This document shows, piece by piece, positions 10,322-22,100 of a DNA stretch of 63,154 bases. Below the pieces are notes generated by a model. It ran no database searches. It was not told the DNA's origin and saw nothing but the letters and a program-made list of their open reading frames with translations. Numbering within the stretch: the stretch's first letter is position 1; each line of letters begins with the position of its first letter. Position numbers and translations under genes: made by a program. The stretch spans positions 1-63,154 of the forward strand of contig JABLTG010000122.1 in NCBI GenBank assembly GCA_016618085.1, given 5' to 3'. The DNA comes from Neovahlkampfia damariscottae (Eukaryota).

Positions 10322-10546
10322 TTATATTTTGGATTTGGCAAATTTTTTTTATCCAAAAATAATTGATTTAATATTATTGGTTAGGAATTGTTAAATTGAA
10401 AATAGATCTTTCACTATTGGTTGATTATAGGAGTTACAAGTCCTACATGAATACTGAATATTTGAGTTTGACGAACAATGTTGACCAATTTTTCAATAAA
10501 TTAGGATATTCGAACATGATTGGTTCATTTTTGTTGTTCGTTAAAA

Positions 10547-13500
10547 ATGTCAGTTGAGGATGCTCGAGAAGCAATTTTTGACGGAAATATAATTAGGTTA
10601 GGTGAATTAATTTCAAATGGATTTAATATTGGATTACAATACGATTATCTTGGTTGTGTAACAGTTACTTTTCTTATGATGATTATAGGTTGTAAGAAAG
10701 ACATATAAATTTATAAATCATGATTAGAAAGTAAGAAAGAAATACAAATTAATAAATCATGATTAGGAAGTAAGAAATATAAATTTATAAATCATGATTA
10801 GTGGGTAAGAAAGAAATATAAATTTATAAATGATTAGGATGTAAGTAAGAAATATAAATTGATAAATGATGATTAGGATGTAAGAAAGAAATATAAATTT
10901 ATAAATCATGATTAGTATGTAAGAAAGAAATATGAACTTATAAATCATGATGATTAGGTTGTAAGAAAGAAATATAAATTTATAAATCATGATTAGTGGG
11001 TAAGAAAGAAATAAATTTATAAATCATGATGATTAGAAAGTAAGAAAGAAATAAATTGATAAATGATTAGGAAGTAAGAAAGAAATATAATTGATAAATC
11101 ATAATTAGCCTGTAAGAAATATAAATTGATAAATGATTAGTTCGTAAGAAAGAAATATAAATTGATAAATCATGATTAGCGTGTAAGAAAGAAATATAAA
11201 TTGATAAATCATGATTAGGTTGTAAGAAAGAAATATAAATTGATAAATAATGATTAGAGAGTAAGAAAGAAATATAAATTGATAAATCATTAGGGTGTAA
11301 GAAAGAAATATAAATTGATAAATCATGATTAGGTTGTAAGAAAGAAATAAATTTATCATGATTAGGTTGTAAGAAAGAAATAAAAATTTATAAATCATGA
11401 CTAGCCTGTAAGAAAGAAATATAAATTAATAAATCATGATTAGTGGGTAAGAAAGAAATATAAATTTATAAATCATGATGATTAGAAAGTAAGAAAGAAA
11501 TATAAATTTATAAATAATGATTAGGAAGTAAGAAAGAAATATAAATTGATAAATGATGATGATTAGGTTGTAAGAAAGAAATATAAATTTATAAATGATG
11601 ATTAGGATGTAAGAAAGAAATAGAAATATATAAATTATGATTAGTATGTAAGAAAGAAATATCAATTTATAAATGATGATTAGTATGTAAGAAAGAAATA
11701 TAAATTTATAAATCATGATTAGGAAGTAAGAAAGAAACATAAATTTATAAATGATGATAGGTTGTAAGAAAGAAATATAAATTGATAAATGATGATTAGT
11801 ATGTAAGAAAGAAATATCAATTTATAAATCATGATTAGGATGTAAGAAAGAAATATAAATTTATAAATCATGATTAGGAAGTAAGAAATATAAATTGATA
11901 AATGATGATTAGGATGTAAGAAAGAAATATAAATTGATAAATGATGATTAGGATGTAAGAAAGAAATATAAATTTATAAATCATGATGATTAGGATGTAA
12001 GAAAGAAATATAAATTGATAAATGATTAGGAAGTAAGAAAGAAACATAAATTTATAAATAATGATGATTAGTGGGTAAGAAAGAAATATAAATTTATAAA
12101 TCATGATGATTAGTATGTAAGAAAGAAATATAAATTATAAATCATGATTAGAGAGTAAGAAAGAAATATAAATTGATAAATCATTAGGGTGTAAGAAAGA
12201 AATATAAATTTATAAATGATGATAGGTTGTAAGAAAGAAATATAAATTGATAAATCATTAGGGTGTAAGAAAGAAATATAAATTGATCAATCATGATTAG
12301 GAAGTAAGAAAGAAATATAAATTGATCAATGATGATTAGAGTGTAAGAAAGAAATATAAATTGATCAATGATGATTAGAGTGTAAGAAAGAAATATGAAC
12401 TTATAAATCATGATGATTAGGTTGTAAGAAAGAAATATAAATTTATAAATAATGATTAGTGGGTAAGAAAGAAATATAAATTGATCAATCATGATTAGGA
12501 AGTAAGAAATATAAATTGATAAATGATGATTAGTGGGTAAGAGAGAAATATGAACTTATAATCATGATTAGGAAGTAAGAAATATAAATTGATAAATGAT
12601 GATTAGGATGTAAGAAAGAAATATAAATTGATAATGATGATTAGGGTGTAAGAAAGAAATATAAATTTATAAATCATGATGATTAGTGGGTAAGAAAGAA
12701 ATATAAATTTATAAATAATGATTAGGATGTAAGAAAGAAATATAAATTGATCAATCATGATTAGGAAGTAAGAAAGAAATATAAATTGATCAATGATGAT
12801 TAGAGTGTAAGAAAGAAATATAAATTTATAAATCATGATTAGTATGTAAGAAAGAAATATGAACTTATAAATCATGATGATTAGGTTGTAAGAAAGAAAT
12901 ATAAATTTATAAATCATGATTAGAGAGTAAGAAAGAAATATAAATTGATAAACTATGATTAGGTTGTAAGAAAGAAATATAAATTTATAAATCATGATTA
13001 GGAAGTAAGAAAGAAATAAATTTATAAATCATGATTAGTTTGTAAGAAAGAAATATAAATTTATAAATCATGATGATTAGGTTGTAAGAAAGAATATAAA
13101 TTGATATATGATGATTAGTGGGTAAGAAAGAAATATAAATTGATAAATCATGATTAGTTTGTAAGAAAGAAATATAAATTTATAAATCATGATTAGGATG
13201 TAAGAAAGAAATATAAATTTTGATTTACAACATTTTGGAAGTATTTTGGAGACAAGGTACTTTTTTATCTAAATTTACATTTTTAGAACAATGCTTATGG
13301 TGGTTCTATTCCTTGGACTCCACTTCAATATGCTGCAGCGATCGAAAAACAAGTATGTCACTTTTTATTTATCTTTGCAGGATGTCATTGATTTTTTGAT
13401 TGAAAATGGAGCTGATTGTTCTATTGTTGATAAAACAAATAGAAATGCTCAAGAGATTGCTGATTTCTTGAAAAAAAAGGTTGATATTAAAAAATTTATA

Positions 13501-13572
13501 AAAGAACAACAATCAAGAGAGAAAATGTATTCAATGAAAAACTTTTTTGATATTGAATTTAATTTTGAATAA
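10547..13572 (+). CDS. Small ankyrin-repeat protein with a micro-exon-encoded variable loop (exons 10547-10657; 66 x 3-nt; 13242-13256; 13287-13352; 13381-13572)
   Basis: All predicted introns are GT-AG and phase 0. Spliced product: MSVEDAREAIFDGNIIRLGELISNGFNI...LGC-[loop]-YFGDKNNAYGGSIPWTPLQYAAAIEKQDVIDFLIENGADCSIVDKTNRNAQEIA..., which has the ankyrin TPLxxAA/LLxxGAD consensus. Confidence 0.8.
10658..13241 (+). repeat. Tandem array of ~36-nt intron-like units (GTAAGAAAGAAATATAAATT[T/G]ATAAATCATGATTAG) with 66 variable 3-nt spacers
   Basis: Read directly. Internal units vary 29-39 nt, but every spacer between AG and GT is exactly 3 nt. Confidence 0.95.
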
Positions 13573-14019
13573 ATGCTGTCTCATTTTGAATAATTTTCCA
13601 CTTGTCCTTTACCCAAATTTCCAAAAAAATAATTAATAACTCCTTAACTCACTTATTTTTTCTCCACGTTCAAACATCTATTTTAAAAAAGTTATTTTCA
13701 AAACGATTACCTTCACTAATCAAGTTAAAAATACATCCTTTCAATCTCTTTACAACAACTTTATTCTACACTTCTTCATTTTTATTTTTCAAAACCAAAT
13801 TGTTAAAACAAAAGCAAAACATATAAATTCTCCGAAACTACGTTTGATTTCCAAAATTTTGAAAGTTTAATTTGTAGGTGTTGGTTGTTATTGTTTCTTG
13901 ATTTCCTGAACTGTTCTTTTGAACGACGTATAGAGGTTTGTTTTATAATTTCTTTGGTGCTGGCTGCGATTGGTGGTTGGCTTTATACTGGAATTTTTAT
14001 AGTCTTTGAATTCCAAAAT

Positions 14020-14316
14020 TTAGTCGCTGAAAAAAGTCATAGACCCCCTACTACTTATTTTTAGTTTCATCAAAACTGGATCTGGTATTTGATATCTTTG
14101 CCAAACTGAAACATCTTGTTGAACCAAATAAAATCTTAAATTTCGAATTGAAATTGAGTAATTTGAATCATATTCTGTATTAATATATTCATCTAAATCT
14201 ATAATGAATTCAACTGATTCAATGTATTCATCAACAAAGAAGCTTTCTTCATGAACAATTAAAATTTTCCATATTTTCAGTTTTTTTGAATCAAAATGTT
14301 TCAATTTGTTTTTCAT
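14020..14316 (-). CDS. Hypothetical protein (fragment)
   Basis: 98-aa ATG ORF with no recognised motif. Confidence 0.25.
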   Translation of the reverse strand: MKNKLKHFDSKKLKIWKILIVHEESFFVDEYIESVEFIIDLDEYINTEYDSNYSISIRNLRFYLVQQDVSVWQRYQIPDPVLMKLKISSRGSMTFFSD

Positions 14317-14469
14317 CTGAAAAGTATCAAAAAAATCTTGAAGTTTTAAATCTTTAGGAAAAATTACAAGATCATTTTCCTTTGTGAAAAAAATTTTTTC
14401 AATTTTTTTTTTTTTTTGGATCTTTGTTGATTTGAAATTTCAAATCCTCTTGTTCAATTATTTTTGATA

Positions 14470-15508
14470 GCTTTCTTGTAATAATATGATACCATGAATT
14501 CATCCAAATCCAAAAATATAGAAACCACCAACAACAAAATCCAAACTCAACACGTCATCATTTGAGACCATTGGTTGAAAGTTAGTAGTACATTTTCAAG
14601 CTAATAACAGTTACAAATGTAATACAAAAATTTTATTTCTTTGAATTCTTGTTGGTTAATCTTCCATTCATTGATTTTCTATTTGTATTTTTCTTGACTA
14701 AAGTCTCATCTTCATCATCATTTATAATTGTCAACCATACATTCTTTGGTTTATTGGACCAGGTTTCAGGTGGGAATTCTCTTTTATTTTCTCGGTCAAA
14801 ATTTTTTTTCAGGTATTTGAACTTTTGAGGTGAGAATATCATTAAATAATAATAATCTGAGTAATATGAAAAATAAGACATTGGTGAAAGCAATAAAACT
14901 AAAATTGAATTTAAGGATCCTAAAATGACTGAAATTAGACCTAAATAGTTCTCTAATGGTATAACTCTTTTTATAAATAATATAATACTGGTTGCTTTTG
15001 ATATTAAAATGGTTAGTTTTTTTTTAAATTTTACAAATGAAAAACAAAGGTGTTGTGATCAACCAACTTTGAATGACCAAAAAAAAAAATCCTGTTAATT
15101 TACGTATGGTATAATGTACTTCTTGAAATAATTCTTTATCAAATGTTTTGATGAATCTATACGTGTAAAAGGCAATAGATGTAATATGAATTAAAAGAAA
15201 GTATAACAAAGATAAAACACCCCATATCAAATAAACGTATTTAAAAACTAGTGGTATTTTAGTTATTTAAACTATTTACTATGGATAAATTGTCTTTTAT
15301 CGCGTAACAAAAAAACTCCAAAGATAATCAAAGATATTGGGGTTATTATCAGTAGGAATGTAAAGAAAAATTTACAAAAGTCTTTCAATGTTCTAAAGTT
15401 CCAAATTGAATACCGTTTTGAAGTTGTTGAATCATATAACATTACCTCTTGTTCATACAAAAAAAAATTCAGTTTGTTGGAGCTAAAAAATAATCCAATT
15501 AAATTCAA
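14470..15508 (-). CDS. Fragmented multi-pass membrane protein
   Basis: Several hydrophobic ORF pieces on the same strand; exon structure not resolved. Confidence 0.3.
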
Positions 15509-15578
15509 GAAAATTAACCAACCAAATCACTTTATAACTTTTTTTTGACCTAGACGAGTTGTATTTATTAAAATACAG

Positions 15579-17748
15579 ATGGGCAACGATTTATCAGTTG
15601 ACACAGCAACACTTTCGATAAAAGGTAAAAAACATTCAAAAACTTAAATTAGATTTCAAAAACTGTCCAAAATCACAAAACTACAAAGAATTTCAATACA
15701 ATATAAAATGTTGGGAATTTCAAAAGAAAAATTGTAAATCTATAAATTTTGACAAGTTCACACAATTTTCTGAATTCTGTAGTTATATAATTTTATCACT
15801 TTATAAAAAAAAAACCCACCAACATTCCGAAAACGATGAAGAAGATGAAAGAGAATTATCAGAATTATCAAGAGGTTCAAGATCACTTTTTGAATTATGT
15901 CATGATGCAACGAATAATTTGACACCTAGAGGCTTAACAATTGCTTTTAATGAATGTAAAAAATTTGAAGGAGCTTCTTTTGAAATATTTCTTTGGAATG
16001 GAAAATCAACAACAACAACAACAAAAGTTAATTGTTTAGCAAATGGTTATGAATTAGAAAAATTATTAAAATATGAAAATATTGAAAATATTATGTCAAT
16101 GGGTGCTCCAGTTTCAATAATGACATTTTTTAAAAATGATGTTGAAAATGCATCCAGTTTATACTCACCAAGTTTTTTTTTTTTTTTTTTTAATCTTTTT
16201 TATAGATCTATATAAAGATTTATGTCATGATTGTACTTTAGTTGATTCTTTACTTAAAAAAAAAACGGCGTCAGGTTAGTGTGAAAAATTGTTAAAATTA
16301 TAATTTTTTTAAAACAGAAATTGAAACAATTTCAACTTTATTCGATTTCTTTAATTTGAAAAATAAAACAAGTCTGAGGAAACAATTGAAAAAAGAACCA
16401 GACTCACCAGTAAGAATTATTTTATTTTTTTTTGACAAAACTATTCAAAAAGGAAAAGAAAGATTCAGCCACTGAATTTGATTTACCACCGCCAGGAGGT
16501 GCGGAACAAGTTGCTTATTACAGAAAAATATGTTCTCAAATCAGAGAAGATTTATTTTTAGGTTCTGATTTTGTTGCTCGTTCAAAAGAACTTTTACAAG
16601 AAAATGGTGTGACACATATCGTTAACGCTGCTAAAGTTGCTTGTGATAATTACTTTCCAAAAGATTTTCAATATTGTGCTTTGAACTTATATGACTCACC
16701 AACACAAAGTATCATTGGTCTTTTTTTTGTTGTTATTAAATTTATGAATGATGCTATAAAAAATGGTGGAAAAGTTTATGTTCATTGTTATGCTGGTAAA
16801 AAAATTAAAATCAAATTTTAACTTTTTCAAAAGGTGTTTCAAGATCATCCTCAATTGTTGTTTCTTACTTAATGTGGAAGGAAAAATCAAAATGTAGAGA
16901 GTTATTAGAAAATGTTAAAAAAAGAAGAGCTGTTTCTTCACCAAATGCTGGTTTCACAGTTCAACTTTTTAGATGGGAAAAAATTTTACTTCAACAATCA
17001 GAGGAAACTTATATGTACAGAATGAGTCCTTTAAATGATCGTTATGCTCAACATAAACAAACTGGTAAAAATAAAAAAAAAAAATTAACATTTTCTTTTT
17101 TAAGGTCCACAATTATGTTACGTTGCTAAATTAGATTCAAGAACCTGTTTTATTCTTCAAACCTTTGAAGGCAAAATTTTTATCTGGAATGGCTCAAAAA
17201 GAAAAGAGAATTTAACACAAGAAGCAATTGCTTTTGCTAAATTGATTGAAGAGTTTTTAGATGGAATTGATAATAACTTTATTATGATAGAAGAAGGAAA
17301 AGAAACAAAAGAATTTAATGATGCTCTTTCAAAAGTGGCTGTTATGAAAGCATTGGTTAATCAAGCGATACCTTACCCAGAACTTGATTATTTTGACAAA
17401 GAAATTACTGCAGAAACACCAGAAAAAGTGAATATCGCACCTATTGTTGAAGAAGAGATAGAAGAGGAAGATCTAGAATCATTAAAATCAAATCTTTATG
17501 TTTATCCAGATTGGGAGTTGTTAACCACATTTGATTCGGAGGATTTGGAAGATGACCAAGTATTAGTTTTAGAACCACTTAATGATGATAAAATATATGT
17601 CTGGGTTGGTGAAGATACAGATTATAAAGCTGTTGATATTGGAAAGAAATTCATCAATGAATTAGAAAAATCAACAGAGTTAATAATTGTTACTGTTCAA
17701 AGTGGTGATGAACCCGATGATTTTTGGAAGTATTTTGTAAATGGATAA
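15579..17748 (+). CDS. Dual-specificity (MAP kinase) phosphatase with gelsolin-like domains, plant MKP1-like; multi-exon
   Basis: CSQIREDLFLGSD, VHCYAG|VSRSS catalytic loop across an intron, SPNAGF, LDSRTCF...IWNG and IYVWVG...EPDDFW; N-terminal MG. Confidence 0.85.
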
Positions 17749-17866
17749 ATGTTTTTCTTTATTTCTTGTCAAACTTTTTTTTGACGAATGAAAGGTAACC
17801 ATTATTAGTCTTCCAAAAGATTGAACCAATCATATTACTTCATTACTTGACAAAGACAAAAAAGTG

Positions 17867-19752
17867 ATGAGTGAAGAAGGAGAAGAACCAGTTATCATTG
17901 AACAATTAGAAGAAGAAGGAAATGAACCAGAAGAAAAAGAAAACAAAGAATTTTCTGAAATGTTATCAAACCCTGAACAAACCCTTAAAGATGTACAAGA
18001 TGAAATAAAAAAACTAAAAGCGGAAATTGAAACTTATTTATTTGACGTTCCAAAACTCTTGGAAAAGATACAAGATGTTGTTGAAGACTTACTTCCAGAA
18101 CAATTCTTGCAACCACTTGCTACCTTACTTCGACTTGCAAAAGAAATACCAATCAAAAAAATGATTAAATTTACAGAAAATGCAATGAAATCATTAGAAG
18201 AATTTGAAGAAGGAGTTAAAAAAGGTGAATTAACAGTTGATTTGGATTTAGGTGGTTTAGAAATTGGTGAAGAACTACTTGGTGATGACAAACTTTTACC
18301 AGCTTTGGACAACTTTTCTGGTATTTTTAAGAAGGTTATAAAGACCTTTTTGAACTTTATTCCAATTGAATTATTTCAAGTTATTTATGAACTCAAAGAT
18401 AAATTGAAAGTGATGGTTCTTGATACCTATGTTGATGCTATGAAACAAGTTGAACCTTTTATCGAAGGAACAAAAGATATTATGGAAAACGTAATTCAAT
18501 TATTAAATCCAATTGAACTATTTACTGTTTATTTTGACCATTTGGATACAAATAAGGATGGTGAACTATCATTGGATGAATTGTTAGAAATTGGATCGTC
18601 AATGGAATTCTTTAAAGAACAAAAAATGGAAAAAGAAGAAGTACTTGATAACTTAATGAAAGATGCTTCCAAATTAGTCAATCTTGTAAAACAATTTGAT
18701 GCAAAAGATGCTGTGTTGCAAGTCATTTCCAATTTAGATCCTAGTTTCTTGACTGAACTTTTTGAACAAATCAAAATCATCATCAAAGGGTTCGCTGTAG
18801 ACAATTTTAAGGATTTCATTGCTGGAATTAAAAATGTTTTAAGCTTCTTTACAAATCCATCAAATCTCATTGGAACTGTTATGAGTCCTCAAGAATCAAA
18901 ACTTATGACTCATTTATTTGAATCATTCCCAATGTTTGCTGAATTAAAAACAACTTTTGAAGAATTAGATTTCAAAGAAATTCTTGATGATGCAAAAGCG
19001 ATGTTTCATGTTTTTACCAATGCTGATTTGTTCACTGAATTAGATTTCGTTGAAACATTAAATACAGGAAAGGATGCGATCAAATCACTACTTACTGAGT
19101 TATTTAAGTTATTCCATTCTGTAAAAGGGTTCATTGTGACAGCTATGAAAAGATCAAAAGACATGTTCCAATCAGGAGAAATGAAAGACAAATTTGTTGA
19201 GTTTATTGATGAAGATGGTGATGGTAAAGTTGAAGTTTCAGATGTTTTATCAGGATTTTCAAAAATTGGAGGCAAATTACTTGACAAAGATGGTGACGGA
19301 GATTTTGATTCCAAAGATGCTTTAGGTGCTTTGGGAGATGGTTTCGGAAGTTTATTGGATCAAGATGGAGATGGTGATCTTGGTAAGAATTTGTATTAAT
19401 TGTTAATCTTATTTTTTTCAGATCTTTCTGATGTTAAGAAATTTGCTGTCAGTCAATTGGATAAAGATGGTGATGGAGATATTGATTACAAAGATGTATT
19501 GAACTGTTTGAAAAAAGATAATTTGGATGAAGACGGAGATGGTAAAATTGAAGTGTCAGATGTCATGAAGAAGTTTGCAGGTATTGGAACTGCATTATTG
19601 GATCAAGATGGTGATGGAAAACTTGGTAAGAATTTGTTTTATTGAAAATTGTATTTAAAGACGCAAAAGATGTTGTCAAAGGTGCTGGTAAATTCCTTGG
19701 TGGACTTTTCAAAAAGAAAAAAAAAAAAAAAGAAGAAAAAAAAGAAGAATAA
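17867..19752 (+). CDS. Acidic EF-hand calcium-binding protein
   Basis: DTNKDGELS plus many D-x-DGDG loops; short introns near the 3' end. Confidence 0.75.
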
Positions 19753-19942
19753 AAATTCAATTCTCAAACTCAAAGTTATTAGAAAAATGTAACCCATCAG
19801 TATGGAAGGCCAAAACAAGAGAGAGCTATAGATACCGAACAGATTATATTGGGTTGTTTTCTAGAATTATAAGAAAGTGGTGAGTTCTTGTTATGGATTG
19901 GAATTTAAGAAATGTGAAGATTAGTGATGATGTTAAGGTTTT

Positions 19943-21148
19943 TTATTTTTTTTTAATTTTTTCTACTCTTTGCTCAGTCAACGCTCTTGCACCATGAACA
20001 AAAGTGTTTAATTCAATACCATAATTCTTCATCAAACAAACAATGTTATTATTTGCAGTCAAAGTTAAAGCTTCCAATTTATCACCTGTCCCAAATATCT
20101 GTTTATGTTTATCTTTCAATTTTGAATTTATTGAAAGTTCTTCAATTCTTTCTGATGGAGAATCATCAACAATTTCAAGTGATTCAATCAAATCTTTAGC
20201 TCTCTTTGCTTCTATTTTACCTGCTACAGTTGAACAAATATTCAAAAAGGTGTCCACAGCAGTTTTACATGCAACTATTTTTTTTCCTTTCATAACTGTT
20301 TGAAGTTTTGGAAGCACAGGGTCATTTCGTTCTTCTTTCGCTTGATTATCCAAAAATATGTCATCAAATACTACATTTGATCCACCATTCGTCAAGTCAG
20401 ATATTAATACGATCATTGTTGTGATATCTAAATTGATCACTAACGAATCAACAGATTTGGTGTATTCTTCTTTATCAATAACACCAAAATCTTTTACATC
20501 TTGGACTATAGTTCCCATGGAAACTAGTTCATCCCTTACTTCGTCTGTGACCCCATTGTAAAATCGTAAAACACATTGCGGATGTTGAAAATGATAAAAA
20601 TGTTTTTTTGAAGCCAAAATCATTTCTTCTGCTGTTTCAACAACACTTTTGTCTTTATAAGAACCTTTTCCATCAACAATAAATTGAATGGCTGAGGCGT
20701 TCATAGCCTTTACTTTTATCCAGTATAATTTTGAACGACAAACAACATCAATTTCAATAGTTTGTTTTTTGAACTCACCTTCAAAAGTAATCATTTGAAA
20801 AACAGCAGACACATCTTGTCTAATTTAAATTTAGTCAAAGAAGAATAAATCAAACTGTGTTACAATTGTATCATAAACAGCAATGTATCTATAATAATTC
20901 GCACAGTGGATATGACCTTTTGATATTTCTTTATCAGAAGATAGCAGCTTTCATTTGTTAAATTTCAATTTTTTTTTTACATTATCCAAAAAATCAACTT
21001 CCGCTTGAACTCTTTTTTTTAACTTATGAATATTTTTAATTTCATTTTTTTTTGCTATTTCCTCAATATTTGTTAGCAGTTCTTTTGATTTTTTTAATAA
21101 ATCAATTCCTTTTATTCTCAATTCTTTTTGTTCCTCTTGTGAATTCAT
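19943..21148 (-). CDS. DUF1308 / C7orf25-like protein
   Basis: IDVV...WIKVKA, INLDITTMIVLISDLTNG, IFGTGD...TLTAN and HGARALTE. Confidence 0.8.
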
Positions 21149-21370
21149 CAAGTGATAAACCAAGATTGACCAATGAAATCACTATCTTTTACAATTGTTG
21201 TTTTCGGAATTTATCAATGCCAAAAAATTTAGTCCCAAAAAGTTGAACTTCATTTTCATCGGAATAGGAAGGTCTAAAAATACTCACCAATAAGAATTTT
21301 CCGAAAGTTTATAAATAGAGAAGAATGAGACTTCAAATTTTCAAGTTCAACGACTATCAATTCCGCAACA

Positions 21371-21730
21371 ATGAAACACGAAGTACAAGTTGCCAGTTCA
21401 TGGTGGGCTAAACAACAAGAAAATACTTTGGGAAAACAACAAGCTTTAAAATTACAACAAGTGATCGAAAAAGCACTTTTTGATAAAATCCAAAACCATT
21501 GGTACGAAAATGAGAAATATAGAGGTTCAGGTTATAGAGCAGTTTCTTGTGATGAATATAAAACTGATGATCTATTGACGTCATGCAGTAGAACCTTAGG
21601 AGTTGATAAATTTGTAAAATGGAATAAAAATACCACTATGTTCATCAATCCTGGTGAAGTAATTGTAAAAATTGGAAACTATGAAAGAATAGAGTTGTAC
21701 AGAAATCAAGACATTTGTGCTCAATCATAA
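21371..21730 (+). CDS. BTG/Tob anti-proliferative domain protein
   Basis: MKHEV..A, HWY....RGSGYRAV and MFINPGEVIVKIG. Confidence 0.85.
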   Translation: MKHEVQVASSWWAKQQENTLGKQQALKLQQVIEKALFDKIQNHWYENEKYRGSGYRAVSCDEYKTDDLLTSCSRTLGVDKFVKWNKNTTMFINPGEVIVKIGNYERIELYRNQDICAQS

Positions 21731-22100
21731 AATGAAAAAAAAAAAATTCATAATGACTTACTCAAGAGAAATAAAATTATTATTATTTTCTGTAGTGATA
21801 TCTTTGAATGTCGTATTTTGGAGATGCTGATAAAATTCATCTGTTGATTGGTAAAATAAAAGGAACATTTTTTTTCAGTCTTTATGGAGGTTTACTGACC
21901 GAAACAAAATGATAAGATAAAAAGAAAAGAAACTATGAAACTACAGTATTGCACTGCGGATCATTTCTTTCATCCACCAATGATTTCTACTCCGAAGAGT
22001 TGACAAATCAAATTGAACCAACATTTCTTTAAAAATCTCAAAAATTTGAAAATGAAACAAAACAAACCAAAACAAAACTGATAACACATCAACAAAAAAA

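Larger units (their letters stand above)
1..10455. mobile_element. Endogenous (integrated) virophage, right portion; left end lies outside the window
   Basis: Intron-less, tightly packed cluster of Sputnik-like MCP, minor capsid, rve integrase and pPolB-SF1 helicase genes, abutting intron-containing host genes. The candidate right terminus ...CATGAATACT ends at 10455 (5'-AGT on the minus strand, Polinton-like). The boundary is approximate. Confidence 0.88.

Noticed and set aside
10763..12995. Minus-strand hydrophobic ORFs (MIYKFIFLSY... repeats)
   Set aside because: Antisense read-through of the repeat. Frames break wherever unit length is not a multiple of 3, whereas the plus-strand splice model keeps frame throughout.
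10658..13241. CRISPR array (36-nt repeats with variable spacers)
   Set aside because: Spacers are only 3 nt, the context is eukaryotic, and there are no cas genes.
10658..13241. Plain neutral minisatellite, telomeric repeat or viral TIR repeat
   Set aside because: Does not explain the invariant GT/AG ends, the fixed 3-nt spacers despite unit indels, the absence of stops, or phase-0 continuity with flanking exons. Not formally excluded without RNA data.
13291..13380. ORF start MLMVVLFLGLHF (signal-peptide-like)
   Set aside because: Wrong frame plus an intron. The spliced frame gives the ankyrin WTPLQYAAA motif.
18034..19314. Ser-rich antisense ORFs here, and similar ones at 2246, 3055, 25239, 41785 and 57352
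   Set aside because: Shadows of well-supported genes on the opposite strand.
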